59,133 nt of DNA from a virus (lineage: Duplodnaviria > Caudoviricetes), in the IMG/VR virus record IMGVR_UViG_3300037145_000020, positions 1-59,133 of that record, one strand, 5' to 3'. The notes under the pieces were generated by a model. It saw only the letters and a list, made by a program, of their open reading frames with translations, did no database searches and was not told the origin of the DNA. This document shows positions 8,905-18,590 of this stretch, in pieces (the stretch's first letter is position 1; each line of letters opens with the position of its first letter). The position numbers were made by a program, and so were the translations under genes.

Positions 8905-9730
8905 TATTTCCGCTCGCTGCGTACAATAGGCTTGGTCTAACCGGTCTTGGCGCGAACGTGAGCTCTCCGCTTTCAATCTGCTTGGCGAGTCGTCCGGCTG
9001 CTGCGGCGGCTGATCCACGCTTCCCTCCATTGTTTTCGGCGGGCTGATCTTGCCAGCGGCCCTGATTGAGCCACGTGGACGGATTGCACCATGGCCGATC
9101 ATCCGTCTTGGTAGTGTAAGAGCGCAAGCCAGCCATCAAATCCGGAAACGCAACCCGTCCGGACTTACGAGCCTTTTCAAAAGCTGGTCGCGCGGCATCT
9201 TTGCCGACCTTGTGCGGGTATAGCTTCCAAAACTCATCGAAATTCCACCCGCGCCCACTAGACCTCTCCTCTTCAACTACCTCTAAGCTTAAACAAGAGT
9301 CTTCCAGAGGAAGTAAGAAAGAAAGAGAAGAAACCTCCGTTTTTGCCAGTTCTTTAGTTTTCAATGGCTTAGAGGCGTGATCCCCCCTACTACTAGGGGG
9401 GGGTGTAGCAGGGGTCTGCGGGGGGTCTGCGGGGGGTTCGACTAGGGTTCGTTTCTGAGAACGGGTCAATTCAGTGGCGGCTCTCGCGTTCATTATCTTA
9501 CCGCTCTCAACCCGAAGTTTCCCTCTTTCTATGAGCTTTGCAAAATTGCGACGGAAGGCGAGGACGTGCTGGTTACAGCGACCGGCAATGCCGCTCTCGT
9601 GAAGAACAATGGGGCCGTTATTGAGGTAAATCAGTTCACAGACTACGTGGTAGGCGCGGTACTCCCCGTCAGAGAGGCTTTCAGTGCCGTCCATCCATGC
9701 TGCAATGTCGTGTTGGTAAGAGGCAGCCAT
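8864..9730 (-). CDS. phage replication initiator (YdaU/DUF1376 N-terminus)
   Basis: Y.H.I..W..GT..L...EYRAY..; C-terminal FDEFWKLYP.KVGK..A and P.TWLNQ.RW.D. Confidence 0.8.
   Translation of the reverse strand: MAASYQHDIAAWMDGTESLSDGEYRAYHVVCELIYLNNGPIVLHESGIAGRCNQHVLAFRRNFAKLIERGKLRVESGKIMNARAATELTRSQKRTLVEPPADPPQTPATPPPSSRGDHASKPLKTKELAKTEVSSLSFLLPLEDSCLSLEVVEEERSSGRGWNFDEFWKLYPHKVGKDAARPAFEKARKSGRVAFPDLMAGLRSYTTKTDDRPWCNPSTWLNQGRWQDQPAENNGGKRGSAAAAAGRLAKQIESGELTFAPRPVRPSLLYAASGNNVLLLPKGGRRES
9396..9440. repeat. G-rich direct repeats inside the initiator gene (possible iterons)
   Basis: GGGGTCTGCGGGGG repeated, in the initiator linker region. Confidence 0.35.
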
Positions 9731-9746
9731 CAGCCTAACCTAATCC

Positions 9747-9867
9747 CTTGGCGGCTGAGACGATTGACCGGAACATAAAATGGCGTTAATTCGTTCCAAT
9801 CTCAGATCGCAATAGCCGCCAAGCAATGTTGCGATCCGCGCCGGCAGGTTAACCCCTGGCCGGCGCA
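9747..9867. promoter_or_regulatory. structured initiator leader / putative counter-transcript
   Basis: CTTGGCGGCT (9747-9756) is complementary to AGCCGCCAAG (9814-9823), which lies in a GATCGCAA/TTGCGATC hairpin loop; second hairpin 9838-9866; TTGACC-17-TAATTC on plus strand. Confidence 0.45.
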
Positions 9868-9971
9868 ACTCATTTATGGACTCGGCTTGGGATGAATTTC
9901 AAGCCATACAGGTAGTGGGTCGGTGGTGATTGGACCGCTAGAGGGTTTTTGCTGGCTTTGATTTCGTTGGA

Positions 9972-10610
9972 TTAGATCAGATCGCAGCCCAGAAACTGGC
10001 GGTCTGTCGCGCGGCACGCCTCGAGGACCCCGTAACCACCAGCACATGGATCGACCACCAAATCACCCGGCTTGGTTATGGCTTTGATTAGCCGTTCGGT
10101 TAGCTTTTCGGGCTTTTGGTGAGCGTGGAGGCGAGTCTCGCGCGGCTCGGACCAGCAGTCTGGTATCCCGCGGTCGGTCCAAATGTCTTTCGCGCGCAGT
10201 GGGGGCTTCTGGAAGATCATTAGGTACTCGGTAGTGCAGCGGGCTCGGCGGCCCATGCCGATCTTCATCTTGTTCCAGGCGATCAATTCCACCGTTTTGA
10301 GGTTCGGGGCGTGCTGCAGCCAGACGGTGAATCCGCCGGTGGCGAGCAAGAACTTGTCCATCCAAATCGCAGCGTGGCCGCTTGGCTTCACTACGCGCTC
10401 TATGTGGCTCATGAAGACCTGAATTTCGGCGGTGGTCAGGTGCGGGAGTTTTGCCCGTTTCTTCTGCCGTGCACCCTCATTGCCAAACTTGAGCCGGTCT
10501 AGGACCTCCCGATGTTGGGGATCATAGATCACCAGTGCGGCGCTCTCGCTCTCCAATTCGGCCAGCATGTGGAGGCCGTCCATGCGCTGTCGGGCGTTGC
10601 GCTTAAGCAT
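9972..10610 (-). CDS. N6/N4 DNA methyltransferase
   Basis: IYDPQH (DPPY-like), HAHQKP, VVDPCAGGYG. Confidence 0.8.
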   Translation of the reverse strand: MLKRNARQRMDGLHMLAELESESAALVIYDPQHREVLDRLKFGNEGARQKKRAKLPHLTTAEIQVFMSHIERVVKPSGHAAIWMDKFLLATGGFTVWLQHAPNLKTVELIAWNKMKIGMGRRARCTTEYLMIFQKPPLRAKDIWTDRGIPDCWSEPRETRLHAHQKPEKLTERLIKAITKPGDLVVDPCAGGYGVLEACRATDRQFLGCDLI

Positions 10611-11400
10611 GGGGTGCCGTCGCGCGTTCGACAAACATATCGCCTTGCTTAAGCGCCTCGCTGATGCGTCTGCAGGCCGTCTCGAAATACTGCGGTACGA
10701 TTTCCATGCCGATGAACGGATGGCCGAGTGCCACCGCAGCGAGTCCAGTCGATCCGCTGCCCATGTAGGGATCAACAATCGGCATCTTGGGGGGTAATTG
10801 CATCTGGCCGATGCACCACTTCATGAGCGCGACGGGTTTTTGGGTAGGATGAACGCGCTGTTGACCCGCCGTTACCTCATCGCGTGCCGCAGAGCCGACG
10901 CAAACGCCGTCCCAAAGTAGGCGATAAATGCGCAAGGGGCGCGTCGGTCCGCTCATCCATGCGGCTTCGCCGTCGCCCTGATCTCTGACCTTACCGGTCG
11001 GCACCTTGTCCCAGACGAGCCAGGAGCCCGCTGGGAGGCGGTCGGCGAAGCGGTGTGCTCCCCAAAAGAGACAAAGAGGTGTGCATCCGAGCCAGTTATC
11101 AGGCTCGAATGGGCGGTCATCACCGACGATGCCTTTCGGCCACTCAACGGCGATGCCGCTTCGATGGAGACCACCTGCCGCCTTGCGCGCTCGCTGTACG
11201 TTCGCGATTGCTCGAGAGCCGCACCCGGGAGGCGTGACGGCACGTAAACCACCAGCCCCTCTCACATTCGTATTCTGCTGCTGTCCGTAGGGTGGGTCAG
11301 TGACGATCGCGCAATTGCCGACCGCTGGAAGGACCATGTAGTTGTCCCCCAAATATAGCGTTACGCCATCGCCAAGTTCTTCTTTTCGCGGCTTGATCAT
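10603..11400 (-). CDS. N4/N6 DNA methyltransferase (beta class)
   Basis: VTDPPYG, HPTQKPV, DPYMGSGSTG. Confidence 0.9.
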   Translation of the reverse strand: MIKPRKEELGDGVTLYLGDNYMVLPAVGNCAIVTDPPYGQQQNTNVRGAGGLRAVTPPGCGSRAIANVQRARKAAGGLHRSGIAVEWPKGIVGDDRPFEPDNWLGCTPLCLFWGAHRFADRLPAGSWLVWDKVPTGKVRDQGDGEAAWMSGPTRPLRIYRLLWDGVCVGSAARDEVTAGQQRVHPTQKPVALMKWCIGQMQLPPKMPIVDPYMGSGSTGLAAVALGHPFIGMEIVPQYFETACRRISEALKQGDMFVERATAPHA

Positions 11401-11457
11401 GATTCGACCTGTCGCTTAGCCGCGAGAATGTCCAGCGCGAAGTTGAAATGATTCCCG

Positions 11458-11904
11458 TTATCCCAAGAGGGGCGGCGTCAGTGGGGTGACTTCGACGCGG
11501 AGCCGCGGGCGTTCGTCGTAAACCTTGATTACGCGGCCGTCGACCACCTGGGTATCATCGACCCACACAATGCCCTTGATCGCGTCGGAAGCGTTCTTTC
11601 CGTAATTGTCCCAATCGTATTTGACCGTGGGTCGGAGGGTGCCAGCGAGCGCCATATCCCGCTTCTTTCGGCTCCAGGATGGAGGGACGCGCATGAATGC
11701 CGTCACCAAGAGGCATAAAGCGCCCGTGAGTGGCGGTTTGCTCCGCATGGCCACTTTGGCGGTCAAAGCGAGGGCGCGTTGATAGGCGCGCGTTTCTGCG
11801 GGAACGTAAATTGTGGCGAAGGGCTTGCCGTGGTTGGGGGTGACCACGCGGAGGCCGGTTCGCTGCCAGCCGCGTGGGTCGCCCTCAAGTTCGAAGACGA
11901 TCAC
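11458..11904 (-). CDS. rusA: RusA-family Holliday junction resolvase
   Basis: K.DWDNYGK..SDA..G.VW.DD.QV. Confidence 0.85.
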   Translation of the reverse strand: MIVFELEGDPRGWQRTGLRVVTPNHGKPFATIYVPAETRAYQRALALTAKVAMRSKPPLTGALCLLVTAFMRVPPSWSRKKRDMALAGTLRPTVKYDWDNYGKNASDAIKGIVWVDDTQVVDGRVIKVYDERPRLRVEVTPLTPPLLG

Positions 11905-12272
11905 TCAGCGGCGACCGATTCCGGCCGCTCAAGGCGGTGGACGTTCTCCCCGAGGTCCATGGGGTTGACCGCGTCGGCGCGCTCCTTGATGCCGCTGACG
12001 TCGAGGTAATACTCGAAATTGTCGAGGAAATCGCGGATTTTCTCGGCTTCCATCATGTCCAATTGGGAAATGACGTTGAACGCCTTGCGGTGGAGGTGGT
12101 CGGATTCAACCGCATTGGCGATCTTCTGGCCCAAGGCACCGGCGATCTCGGCCGTGTCCTTTTTCGCCGCTCGCTTTTCCTTCAGGAGGTTCTTGAGCTT
12201 GTTCGTTGAAATCACCTTTGTGACGTCGGACGGCTTAGCTGCTTCAGTCGGTGGCTTTGGCTTTCTCGCCAT
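11901..12272 (-). CDS. GapR-like (DUF2312-like) DNA-binding protein
   Basis: Helical pattern L..L......K..I..........H.KAF.....L..M........YL...G resembles GapR. Confidence 0.45.
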   Translation of the reverse strand: MARKPKPPTEAAKPSDVTKVISTNKLKNLLKEKRAAKKDTAEIAGALGQKIANAVESDHLHRKAFNVISQLDMMEAEKIRDFLDNFEYYLDVSGIKERADAVNPMDLGENVHRLERPESVAAE

Positions 12273-12281
12273 GGTTCCCTC

Positions 12282-12512
12282 TCAGTTGAGATTGAGACCG
12301 CGTGAATCCTTCACGCCGTCCCAGAATTCCTGATCGTCCAGTAGGTCGGCCAGGAGTGATCCTGCGGCCTCGGCCTGGTGCTGGCCAGTCATCTCCGCAA
12401 GCATGTTGAGGCGATCCCGCGTGGTGGGATCGACTAGCACTGGTACGAGTGTCATGTCCCGGTGGCTCATACTGTGGGGCGGTACATGAGTCGGCGGCAC
12501 GGCACAACCCAT
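12282..12512 (-). CDS. hypothetical protein (ribbon-helix-helix-like)
   Basis: VPVLVDPTTRDRLNMLAEMTG; start uncertain. Confidence 0.45.
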   Translation of the reverse strand: MGCAVPPTHVPPHSMSHRDMTLVPVLVDPTTRDRLNMLAEMTGQHQAEAAGSLLADLLDDQEFWDGVKDSRGLNLN

Positions 12513-12528
12513 AGAGAAAAGTTTTCCT

Positions 12529-12786
12529 TTACTCCTGTGGGTAGCGTCCCATGGAGATCATCCGAACCGGCGGCCAGTCGACTCCCACCGGCCATTCGTT
12601 ACGGAACATCGTCACCATGTCGCGCGCCGTATCGAGGGTGATCGATTGCTTGCCGCGTTTGAATTTCACGAAGAAGTCGGCGCTTCCGTAAAAGTGCTTG
12701 CTCGCCCAGGCCAGACTCCTGCCCGTCGCTCGGCAGTAGGTTGTGACAATGTCCATGATGTTAGCGCGGACGATGCGGTCATTCAT
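12529..12786 (-). CDS. Cro-like regulator
   Basis: YC.ATGRSL..AS....GS..FF....G.S.T....W; first gene of the leftward operon from the divergent promoter region. Confidence 0.55.
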   Translation of the reverse strand: MNDRIVRANIMDIVTTYCRATGRSLAWASKHFYGSADFFVKFKRGKQSITLDTARDMVTMFRNEWPVGVDWPPVRMISMGRYPQE

Positions 12787-13013
12787 CGCCGTTCCGTAGC
12801 ATGGCGCGATTGTGATTAACAGGGGTTAGCGTTAGCGCAGACTTGACGCGGGGATAAAATTCTCCAAATGTCCGTTCGCGGCGCAGCACCAAAAGGGAAG
12901 CGCGAGATGGACGGCCTTCCGAACATCGTTATCGGCTTCCTCGCTGGCGCGGCCTTCGCGCTCGCTTACGCTGCTGCGCCTTATGTGGTCGCGGCCATCT
13001 GGGTAGTGGTGCC

Positions 13014-13415
13014 ATGACTGAAAAAGTAACGCGCACCCGAATTTGCGACCAATGTGGGACTGATCTGACACGCACGTGCAGGACTTACGGGTGGCACTAC
13101 ACCCTCTCTGGCTCTTTCACTCCGTCGGATAGCTGCATCGGTTATGATCCGCATCCTGAGCCGCCAGAGGACCTGCATTTTTGTGATGAGGAATGCCTCG
13201 CGCGCCACGTCGGGGTAACTTTCGGACACCAGATTTCCTCTGAAATGTTCGATGCGGGCGGCAAGGTGATCGCCGAAACCGGCGAATTCGGAACCGCAGG
13301 AAATTACGCCTCTCAGCGCAAGCTTGCCATAGCTGTTTTCAAGGCGATGTGGGCCGCGCGCGACACGTCATTAGGACGCGATGAAAAGAAGGAGCTTCCA
13401 GATGCCTCTACCTGA
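13014..13415 (+). CDS. hypothetical Zn-binding protein
   Basis: CDQCG..HFCDEECL. Confidence 0.6.
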   Translation: MTEKVTRTRICDQCGTDLTRTCRTYGWHYTLSGSFTPSDSCIGYDPHPEPPEDLHFCDEECLARHVGVTFGHQISSEMFDAGGKVIAETGEFGTAGNYASQRKLAIAVFKAMWAARDTSLGRDEKKELPDAST

Positions 13416-13839
13416 AGGTTACCGGCCCCGGAAGGGAGACATTCTCGTGCTGCACGGCGTCGTGAAGCATGACGTCCATCCTGGCGAGGAATCCGTATTT
13501 GTCACGATTGACGGCCACTACGGCACCGAAAGCGTGAAACTCGACGGCATCGCCAGTCTCTTTGCACGCGCCTGGAATAAAGGCGAGCGCGTTCGGCAGA
13601 ACATCATGTCTACTAATACTGGCGACGGTGAAGTCGTCGCTACATATGGCGACAGGGTTTGGGTCAAATTCGATGTTGATGGGTCCATGGGCACTTTCCG
13701 GGCCAATGATCTTGTCTTGATCCCCTCTGACGATGACCCGCTAAACGCTCATGCCGTACCTCCGCTAGTGCGTTTTCCAGCGTCTCAAGAAAACATTGAG
13801 GTGCCCGGCACTCCGCTGGACGAAGAGGTGCCGCTGTGA
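13402..13839 (+). CDS. hypothetical protein
   Basis: AAGGAG RBS; operon order. Confidence 0.7.
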   Translation: MPLPEGYRPRKGDILVLHGVVKHDVHPGEESVFVTIDGHYGTESVKLDGIASLFARAWNKGERVRQNIMSTNTGDGEVVATYGDRVWVKFDVDGSMGTFRANDLVLIPSDDDPLNAHAVPPLVRFPASQENIEVPGTPLDEEVPL

Positions 13840-14750
13840 GCGACCAAGCGGAAAATCCGCGCGCCATAATCGGTGGCAACGCCCCTCCGCTGGCGCGCTC
13901 AATTGCCGCCGAGCAGGGCGACTTCGCACTGGTCACCACCGCTTTCCTCAATGAGGAATATGCCCGGCAGCCGGGTATTGTGACCTTGCTGCTCAACGAG
14001 GCGCGCGATCTCCCCGAGGTGATCGAAGATGATGCCACCAAGGGCAAGGTGGCATCGCTTATCAAGCGCCTCCGCGATACTGCGAAGGCGCTCGAATCCT
14101 TTAGAGAAAAAGAAAAAATGCCCTACTGGCGCGGGGTGCAAGCGGTCGATCAATTCTTCTTTGGGCTGATTGATCGGGTAGCTCGGCGCGACAAAAAGGC
14201 CAAGCCCGGTGCAGCCGATATCCTGCTGGCGCGACTAACCGATTATGACACCAGGATGCTGGAGGCGGAGCGCGAGCGCCGTCGAAAGGCGGCCGAGGAA
14301 GAAGAACGCAAGGCGCGCGCGGCCCAGGAAGAGGCGGACCGAGCGGCGGCGCAGGCGGAGGAGGCCCGCGTCGCTGCCGAGCGCGCTCGCAAGCCCGAGA
14401 CTGCCGCTGCCAAGGAGGCGGTCGCTGGTGTTCGGGAATCCGCCGCCAGCGACGCCACAGTGGCGGCCGCAATCGCCGCCGGCAAAGCCGAGGCTGCCCG
14501 GATCGATACCTTCGCGAAGCCGGCCGATATCATGCGCTCCCGCGGGGAGGACGGTACGCTCTCCACCATGGCCACGGAGCCGTACGCCGAGATCGAAAAC
14601 GAGGCGTTGCTCGACAAGGAAAAACTCTGGCCTTTCATCGCTCTTGAGGCGAAGGAGCGCGCCCTTCGCAGTTGGGCAAAAACAGTCGGACACGCTCAGC
14701 AAATGCCGGGCGCGAAGATCGGCAAGCGCCCTCGGAGCACTGTCCGATGA
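13836..14750 (+). CDS. coiled-coil phage protein of the recombination module
   Basis: IGGNAPP N-terminal motif and long E/A/R coiled coil. Confidence 0.75.
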   Translation: MSDQAENPRAIIGGNAPPLARSIAAEQGDFALVTTAFLNEEYARQPGIVTLLLNEARDLPEVIEDDATKGKVASLIKRLRDTAKALESFREKEKMPYWRGVQAVDQFFFGLIDRVARRDKKAKPGAADILLARLTDYDTRMLEAERERRRKAAEEEERKARAAQEEADRAAAQAEEARVAAERARKPETAAAKEAVAGVRESAASDATVAAAIAAGKAEAARIDTFAKPADIMRSRGEDGTLSTMATEPYAEIENEALLDKEKLWPFIALEAKERALRSWAKTVGHAQQMPGAKIGKRPRSTVR

Positions 14751-14980
14751 AACGCAAGCAGGTCTCCCGCTACAAATTCAAAATGCTTGATCGGCATCGG
14801 AGGCTGCTGCGGCAGGTCCGTAAGTTCCTCGGCGAGGAGCGTCGATCGCTGTTCGACAGCGTCACGCCCCCTGGCACCGAGGACACTCCGAAATCCTACC
14901 GCGCCATGCGCACCCCTTATCGGGTGGATATGCGCCGGTTCGATGCTGCCATTGCTAGGCTTGATGAGGTGCTGTCGTGA
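14747..14980 (+). CDS. hypothetical protein
   Basis: ATGA coupling. Confidence 0.55.
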   Translation: MKRKQVSRYKFKMLDRHRRLLRQVRKFLGEERRSLFDSVTPPGTEDTPKSYRAMRTPYRVDMRRFDAAIARLDEVLS

Positions 14981-15243
14981 CGCGGAACGAGCGTGATTTG
15001 CTCACCATCCTTGGGCAGATAGCCCACGATCCAGAAGCATTCGAAACTAATCGCGGGCATCTTAAAAAGATCATTCTGGCGCTTGTGGAGTCGATCAAAC
15101 GGGAGGCCATAGAAATCAAGCCGGGCGACATGGTGGCCGTGAAAGTGGTTGCCACGAAAGTGCAGGATGGCTTGATCTATTTCAAATCGGATGACGGCAC
15201 CGAAGTATATCGCCGTGTCTCCGACATAGTATCGCGCCCATGA
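14977..15243 (+). CDS. hypothetical protein
   Basis: GTGA coupling, GAGG RBS. Confidence 0.6.
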   Translation: MTRNERDLLTILGQIAHDPEAFETNRGHLKKIILALVESIKREAIEIKPGDMVAVKVVATKVQDGLIYFKSDDGTEVYRRVSDIVSRP

Positions 15244-15530
15244 GCAAGAGTCTGTTTGCCTTGGTCGGCATGAAACACCGTGGGACCGAGGCGCTCGTTG
15301 CGTCTCTTCCGCAGGGCGAGCCGCTCACCCTCATCCGCGAGCCCGACAACAAGTTCGATCCGAATGCTGTCCAGGTATGGGCGCGCGGGCTGCACGTTGG
15401 GTACATCTCAGCCAAGCAGGTCAAGCCGCTTGCGATGGCGATGGATGCGGCGGCGCTCTGGGCTCCGCAGTGGCGGGCGACACTGGCAATTGATGGCGGT
15501 CACTGGCCGCTTGTGGAGGTGGGGGCGTGA
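15240..15530 (+). CDS. HIRAN-domain protein
   Basis: LVG.KHR....L.L.REPDNKFDPNAV.V....VGYI. Confidence 0.85.
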   Translation: MSKSLFALVGMKHRGTEALVASLPQGEPLTLIREPDNKFDPNAVQVWARGLHVGYISAKQVKPLAMAMDAAALWAPQWRATLAIDGGHWPLVEVGA

Positions 15531-15609
15531 TTTTATGGTTCGGGTGTGGCGCCATTTGCGCCGGAGTTGCTCTGCTGTTGGCGGTCTTTTTGCATTCAAG
15601 GGGATTGCT

Positions 15610-15903
15610 GTGAAAACTCACGAACTCAAATCCTGGCCGCTCTACTTCCAAGCAGTGTTTAGCGGGCACAAGCGATTCGAACTCCGAAATGGAGATCGTG
15701 GATTCGCGGTCGGCGACGTACTGTGGCTGCGCGAGTGGGACGACAAAACCGGCATCTATTCCGGCCGCGAAATCAGGAAGCGCGTCACCTACATTCTTGA
15801 GGGAGGTCGCTACATTCTCGGCGCTGGCGAAGATGGCCTTGTTCCGATCAGTGGTCTCCTCCGCGGCTTTGTCATCATGAGTTTGGAGGACTTCCATGGG
15901 TAA
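15610..15903 (+). CDS. DUF3850 (ASCH/PUA-like) protein
   Basis: HELKSWP.YF.AV..G.K.FELR..DR.F.VGD.L.LREW. Confidence 0.85.
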   Translation: MKTHELKSWPLYFQAVFSGHKRFELRNGDRGFAVGDVLWLREWDDKTGIYSGREIRKRVTYILEGGRYILGAGEDGLVPISGLLRGFVIMSLEDFHG

Positions 15904-16855
15904 GGCGGCAAAGACGAAAGAGGCCGAACCGGCTTTGTTTGATAGCGGTGCTGGCGCAACGGCAGACACGGTTCCTGCGGGCGTACGCCGCAGTGCCCGA
16001 GCCCGAACAGGGGGTTCGATTCCCCCGACCGCTGCCACCGGAAAAGCGGTGTCCACTTCCGTCGTGGCTCAGTTGCCGCCGACCGACCTGCTCACCGCAG
16101 TGGTCCGCGCCGCTGCTGATCCCGCATGCCAGCCCGAGAAGATGCACGCTCTCCTCGACGCCCGCGATCGGTTGATGGCGCAGGAAGCGAAAGTCCAATT
16201 CATGCAGGCATACATCGCCATGCAGGACGAACTCCCGACCATCGACGCGAAGGGCCGGATCGAGATCGAATCCAAGCGCGTCGGCGGGAAGAAGCAGAGC
16301 ACGCCTTATGCGACGTTCCACGAAATCAATCGCATAACCAAACCTATTCTAAAATCGCACAAGTTCGCGATGCTGCTGCTCCCCGACGTCGGCCGCGACG
16401 GGACCGGCGTTCTGATGCGCGGCACGCTCTCCTATGTCTGCGATACCCAATATGGGCGAATGGTGCATTCGGAGTCGTGCGCCATCTCCGCTCCGCTTGA
16501 AACCTCTGGCAGCAAGAACAACGTGCAGGGCGTGGGATCGTCGCTCTCATATTGCAAGCGTTATGCCTGCGTCGCTCTGCTCAATCTTGTGAGTGAGGCA
16601 CCAGAGGACAAGGACGACGATGGTGCCGCGGCTGGGCCGAAGCGGATTGATGGAGTCAAGTCGTCTCCGATCACTGCCGAGAAAGTTCGGGACCTTGATC
16701 TGGAAATCCGGGATTGCGGCGTGTCATTGGCGACGTTCCTCAAAAAGTACGAAATCGAAACGCTGGCCGAGCTCCCCGATGCTCTGTTCAAAGAGGCCAT
16801 GAGTTCCTGCAAGCGCTTCAAGGCCGAGGTGCAGGCGCGGGCGGCGAAGAAATGA
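15896..16855 (+). CDS. ERF-family ssDNA annealing protein
   Basis: MQ.ELP.I..YA....I..KP.L; Q..GSS.SY.KRY...ALL......DDDG. Confidence 0.85.
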   Translation: MGKAAKTKEAEPALFDSGAGATADTVPAGVRRSARARTGGSIPPTAATGKAVSTSVVAQLPPTDLLTAVVRAAADPACQPEKMHALLDARDRLMAQEAKVQFMQAYIAMQDELPTIDAKGRIEIESKRVGGKKQSTPYATFHEINRITKPILKSHKFAMLLLPDVGRDGTGVLMRGTLSYVCDTQYGRMVHSESCAISAPLETSGSKNNVQGVGSSLSYCKRYACVALLNLVSEAPEDKDDDGAAAGPKRIDGVKSSPITAEKVRDLDLEIRDCGVSLATFLKKYEIETLAELPDALFKEAMSSCKRFKAEVQARAAKK

Positions 16856-17532
16856 AGGCCGCAGCAAAAAAGGTGCCTCCGAAGGAGGAGGTCGAATTCT
16901 TCTACGACGTCGAACAGGGCAGCGATGAATGGTTCGAGCTCCGCCGCGGGATTATGACCGCATCAAAGTTTTCTGCGGTCATGGCTTCAGGGAAGGACGG
17001 CGGCGAAAGTCTCACACGCGACAAGTACATGAAGCTCCTCGCTGGCGAACTACTTTCGGGACAAGTGGCTGAGACCTTCCGCAATGAAGCCATGGAGCGC
17101 GGCCGGCAGATGGAGCCAATTGCGCGCGAATGGTACGAACGCACGCGCTTGGTGGATCTCAAGCGCGTCGGCTTCGTGCGGCGGACTATTCCGACTCTCG
17201 ATGGCAGTTTCGATATCGGATGCTCTCCGGATTCCCAGGTTGGTCCAAAGAAGGGCTTAGAGATTAAGACACTCGCTCCGCATTTGCTCATTGACGTTCG
17301 CCTACGCGGCGCGGGCGGCTTTCCTCCTGGCTTCCGCCATCAACTGCAGGGCACCATGCGCACTGCTGGCTGGGACGAGATGGACCTTCTCCTGTTCTAC
17401 ACAGGATGGCCTAATCCTCCGGTGTTTACCGTCGAGCGAGACGAAGCGTTCATTCGGGAGATCGACGAAAAGACCGAAAAGTTCGCATATGAATTGAAGC
17501 AATTGTTCAATCGAATCCTGGCGGCGCAATGA
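16852..17532 (+). CDS. YqaJ/lambda-type exonuclease
   Basis: EQGSDEWFELRRG..TAS; AM.RG..EP.AR; GCSPD; LEIK; Q.QG. Confidence 0.9.
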   Translation: MKAAAKKVPPKEEVEFFYDVEQGSDEWFELRRGIMTASKFSAVMASGKDGGESLTRDKYMKLLAGELLSGQVAETFRNEAMERGRQMEPIAREWYERTRLVDLKRVGFVRRTIPTLDGSFDIGCSPDSQVGPKKGLEIKTLAPHLLIDVRLRGAGGFPPGFRHQLQGTMRTAGWDEMDLLLFYTGWPNPPVFTVERDEAFIREIDEKTEKFAYELKQLFNRILAAQ

Positions 17533-18089
17533 ACAGCCGTCATTATCCAGTCGTCTACAAGTGGTGCATGGTCGACGTTCTCGACGGTGCTGGCGAGGCG
17601 CATGCGACCTGGGCCATGGTGCCGACGCCTCGCTATGAGGGATTGGCATACAAGCAATACGCGGTCGGCGAAGAGTATCCGTTGGTGCTCCTTGAGGCGC
17701 GCTCGCGAGCAAGCCATAATTTCTACTTTGCATCTCTCCAGAACGCATTCGATAACCTGCCTGAAAACATTGCGGCGCGCTTCCCAAGTGTGGACCACCT
17801 TCGCGCTTGGAGTCTGGTGGAAACCGGCTGGTTCGATGAGATGGAGGTGGAACTCGCCTCGGAGGCCGAAGCGAAGAAACTCGCGGCGCGCACGCGCACG
17901 GAAAGCCCCTACGCTCGAATTAGCCGACACGGCCGCAGACTCATCGCCCGCTATCCGAAATCGCAGAGCGCTAAAAGCATGGGGAAAGATTCGTTTGAAG
18001 CCAGCAAACGCGACGTGCTCGAACTACTGGAAGGGATGATCGGCGTGCCGCTCGGCTCGCTGAGCAAGGAAGCGGGAAAGGCAGCCTAG
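17529..18089 (+). CDS. conserved phage hypothetical protein
   Basis: RS.ASH..YFA.L....NLPE....FP..DHLR; KSQS..M....F..SK..VL. Confidence 0.75.
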   Translation: MNSRHYPVVYKWCMVDVLDGAGEAHATWAMVPTPRYEGLAYKQYAVGEEYPLVLLEARSRASHNFYFASLQNAFDNLPENIAARFPSVDHLRAWSLVETGWFDEMEVELASEAEAKKLAARTRTESPYARISRHGRRLIARYPKSQSAKSMGKDSFEASKRDVLELLEGMIGVPLGSLSKEAGKAA

Positions 18090-18275
18090 ATGAGCATTCA
18101 GTCGATTGTTCTTGGTGCCATGTTGCCTCCTGCAAGTATTGCCTTAATTGGCATTTTCGTTTGGCTCATGGGTGCTCTCAATGTTGATAAATTGCAGTTC
18201 ATGATTGGCTATGCGAGCAGCATTGCGCTTCTGGTCATAAGCGCTCTCATAGCCGTGGCAGTGTGGTCTCCATGA
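18090..18275 (+). CDS. small membrane protein
   Basis: Two hydrophobic helices. Confidence 0.5.
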   Translation: MSIQSIVLGAMLPPASIALIGIFVWLMGALNVDKLQFMIGYASSIALLVISALIAVAVWSP

Positions 18276-18590
18276 GCGACTGGCTGTTCGGCATCCTCCT
18301 GGGCTTGGCCTTCGGGCTCGTCATCGTCGGTGCCATCCTCGGCGCGTCGTGGTTGGCGATCACCTGCAAGCCGGGCGATCCGAGTTTTGCCGTCGTGTTG
18401 CTCGGTGGGTGCAAGGGGGCGCAGTGACTCAAATACCTGTTCTATTTTGGCTCTATGCGTCTACCGCGGCATTTTTGCTCGGAATGCATGCTACCGCTGT
18501 CGGGCCGCGACCTTCATTGGCACTTCCTTTGATGTTTGTCTCGTTTGGGTGGATGGCAATTTTCATTGCCTTGCGCGCAATGGGGACTCA

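Noticed and set aside
12810-12840. CtrA box
   Set aside because: Spacing is TTAA-N6-TTAG, not TTAA-N7-TTAA.
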